Source: Macrostomum hystrix (taxonomy: Eukaryota > Animalia > Platyhelminthes). From it: DNA of 64,000 nt. The translations under genes and the position numbers were made by a program. Below are positions 61,458-64,000 of this stretch, in pieces. The notes below the pieces were generated by a model, which was not told the DNA's origin, ran no database searches, and was given only the letters and a program-made list of their open reading frames with translations. The DNA lies in assembly GCA_950097015.1 (NCBI GenBank), contig CATNEN010000004.1:124001-188000 (forward strand), read 5' to 3'. Each line of letters starts with the position of its first letter. The first letter of the stretch is position 1.

Positions 61458-63230
61458 CAATGATCCCCTAGTTGATGATGATCCCCTAGTTGACAATTAT
61501 CCCCCAGTTGACAATGAACCCCCAGTTGACAATGAACCCCCAGTTGACAATGATCCCCCAGTTGACAATGATCCCCCAGTTGACAATGATCCCACAGTTG
61601 ACAATGATCCCCCAGTTGACAAAGATCCCCAGTTCACAATGATCCCCCAGTTGATGATGATCCCCCAGTTGATGATGATCCCCCAGTTGAAAATGATCCC
61701 CCATGCAGTTGACAATGATCCCCCAGTTGACAATGATCCCCCAGTTGACAATGATCCCCAAGTTAACAAAGATCCCCCAGTTCACAATGATCCCCCAGTT
61801 GATGATGACTCCCCATTGATGATGATCCCCAGTTAACAATGTTCCTCCAGTTGACAATGTTCCCCCAGTTGACAATGATCCCCCAGTTGATGATGATCCC
61901 CCAGTTGACAATGATCCCCCAGTTGACAATGATCCCCCAGTTGACAATGATCCCCCAGTTGACAATGATCCCGCCCGTTGACAATGATCCCCCAGTTGAT
62001 GATGATCACCCAGTTGACAATGATCCCCCAGTTGACAATGATCCCCCAGTTGACAATGATTCCCGAGTTGACAATGATCCCGCCTGTTGACAATGATCCC
62101 CCAGTTGACAATGATCCCCCACTTGAAAATGATCCCCCAGTTGACAATGATCCCCCAGTTGACAACGATCCCCCAGTTGACAATGATCCCCCAGTTGACA
62201 ATGATCCCGCCCGTTGACAATGATCCCACAGTTGACAATGAACCCCCAGTTGACAATGAACCCCCAGTTGACAATGAACCCCCAGTTGACAATGATCCCC
62301 CAGTTGACAATGATCCCCCAGTTGACAATGATCCCCCAGTTGACAATGAACCCCCAGTTGACAATGATCCCCCAGTTGACAATGATCCCCCAGTTGACAA
62401 TGATCCCCCAGTTGACAATGAACCCCAGTTGACAACGATCCCCAAGTTGACAATGATCCCCCAGTTGACAATGATCCCGCCCGTTGACAATGATCCCACA
62501 GTTGACAATGAACCCCCAGTTGGCAATGAACCCCCAGTTGACAATGAACCCCCAGTTGACAATGATCCCCCAGTTGACAATGATCCCCCAGTTGACAATG
62601 AACCCCCAGTTGACAATGATCCCCCAGTTGACAATGATCCCCCAGTTGACAATGATCCCCCAGTTGACAATGAACCCCAGTTGACAACGATACCCCAGTT
62701 GACAATGATCCCCCAGTTGACAATGATCCCGCCCGTTGACAATGATCCCACAGTTGACAATGAACCCCCAGTTGACAATGAACCCCCAGTTGACAATGAT
62801 CCCCCAGTTGACAATGATCCCCCAGTTGACAATGATCCCCCAGTTGACAATGATCCCCCAGTTGACAATGATCCCCCAGTTGACAATGATCCCCCAGTTG
62901 ACAATGATCCCCCAGTTGACAATGATCCCACAGTTGACAATGATCCCCCAGTTGACAATGATCCCCCAGTTCACAATGATCCCCCAGTTCACAATGATCC
63001 CCCAGTTGACAATGATCCCCCAGTTGACAATTATCCCCCAGTTGACAATTATCCCCCAGTTTACCATGATCCCCCAGTTGACGATTATCCCCCAGTTGAC
63101 CATTACCCCCTCGCAGTTGACAATGATCCCCCAGTTGACAATTATCCCCCAGTTTACCATGATCCCCCAGTTGACGATTATCCCCCAGTTCACCATGATC
63201 CCCATTTTGATGATGACTCCCCAGTTGACG
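61458..63230. repeat. Minisatellite, 18-bp unit, inside Helitron B
   Basis: Unit CCCCCAGTTGACAATGAT with variants CCCGCCCGTTGAC and CCCGAGTTGAC. Confidence 0.97.
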
Positions 63231-63239
63231 TTGATTTTT

Positions 63240-64000
63240 CAAACGCTGGGTTAGCCAAGATTCAATTTCAGGTTTCGCCATGTTTTAAACCCTGGTGGGC
63301 TATGATTCAAACTCTGGTTTAGCCATGATTCAAACTCTGGTTTAGCCATGATTCAAACTCTGGTTTAGCCATGATTCAAACGCTGGGTTAGCCATTATTG
63401 AAACTCGGTTTTTGCCATGATTCAAACTCTGGTTTAGCCATGATTCAAACGCTGGGTTAGCCATGATTGAAACTCTGGTTTAGCCAAGATTCAAACTCTG
63501 GTTGGCTATGATTTCAAACTCTGGTTTAGCCATGATTCAAACTCTGGTTTAGCCATGATTCAGACGCTGGTTTAGCCATGCTGATGATGATGGTTTAGCC
63601 ATGATTCAGACTCTGGTTTAGCCATGATTCAAACTCTGGTTGGCTAGGATTTCAAACTCTGGTTTAGCCATGATTCAAACTCTGGTTTAGCCATGATTCA
63701 AACTCTGGTTTAGCCATGATTCAAGCTCTGGTTTAGCCATGATTCAAACTCTGGTTTAGCCATGATTCAAACTCTGGTTTAGCCATGATTCAAACTCTGG
63801 TTTAGCCATGATTCAAACTCTGGTTTAGCCATGATTCAAACTCTGGTTTAGCCATGATTCAGACTCTGGTTTAGCCATGATTCAAACTCTGGTTTAGCCA
63901 TGATTGAAACTCTGGTTTAGCGATGATTTAAACTCTGGTTTAGCCACGATTCAAACTCTGGTTTAGCCATGATTCAAACTCTGGTTTAGCCATGATTCAA
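63240..64000. repeat. Minisatellite, 23-bp unit, inside Helitron B, runs off the window
   Basis: Unit GCCATGATTCAAACTCTGGTTTA. Confidence 0.97.

Larger units (their letters stand above)
61364..64000 (-). mobile_element. Non-autonomous Helitron-like element, copy B (3' part; continues beyond the window)
   Basis: Same 3' hairpin plus CTAG (61364-61400); about 100 bp match 57048-57145; followed by the same 18-bp then 23-bp arrays. Confidence 0.8.

Noticed and set aside
57110-63322. Long ORFs such as LGDHCQ, STGGSL and PPVDND repeats (up to 490 aa)
   Set aside because: Open in several frames on both strands only because the 18-bp unit lacks stops; no unique domain; inside Helitron cargo.

Overview
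Eukaryotic (invertebrate) genomic DNA with four spliced protein-coding genes that can be rebuilt in frame: an AHCYL1/IRBIT-like pseudo-hydrolase (minus, 9 exons, 629 aa), a FAM234/ITFG3-like FG-GAP membrane protein (minus, 9 exons), a divergent beta-tubulin (plus, 4 exons, 444 aa) and FoxO (minus, 2 exons, 471 aa). Also present: one intronic tRNA-Arg(UCU), a decayed Crypton-type tyrosine-recombinase element, two tRNA-derived SINE families (4 copies) and more than 25 distinct minisatellite arrays with 18-51 bp units. Two structural signals stand out. (1) Two non-autonomous Helitron-like elements are joined head-to-tail (CTAG|TC junction at 61364/61363) just upstream of FoxO, each carrying the same 18-bp and 23-bp internal satellites. 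(2) Many introns look like minimal 70-90 nt introns inflated by a private minisatellite that usually starts within about 35 nt of the splice donor. Most long ORFs in the supplied track are artefacts of stop-free repeats. Repeat load and gene style resemble a flatworm such as Macrostomum, but the organism is not established from the sequence. Array boundaries and copy numbers are estimated by eye.
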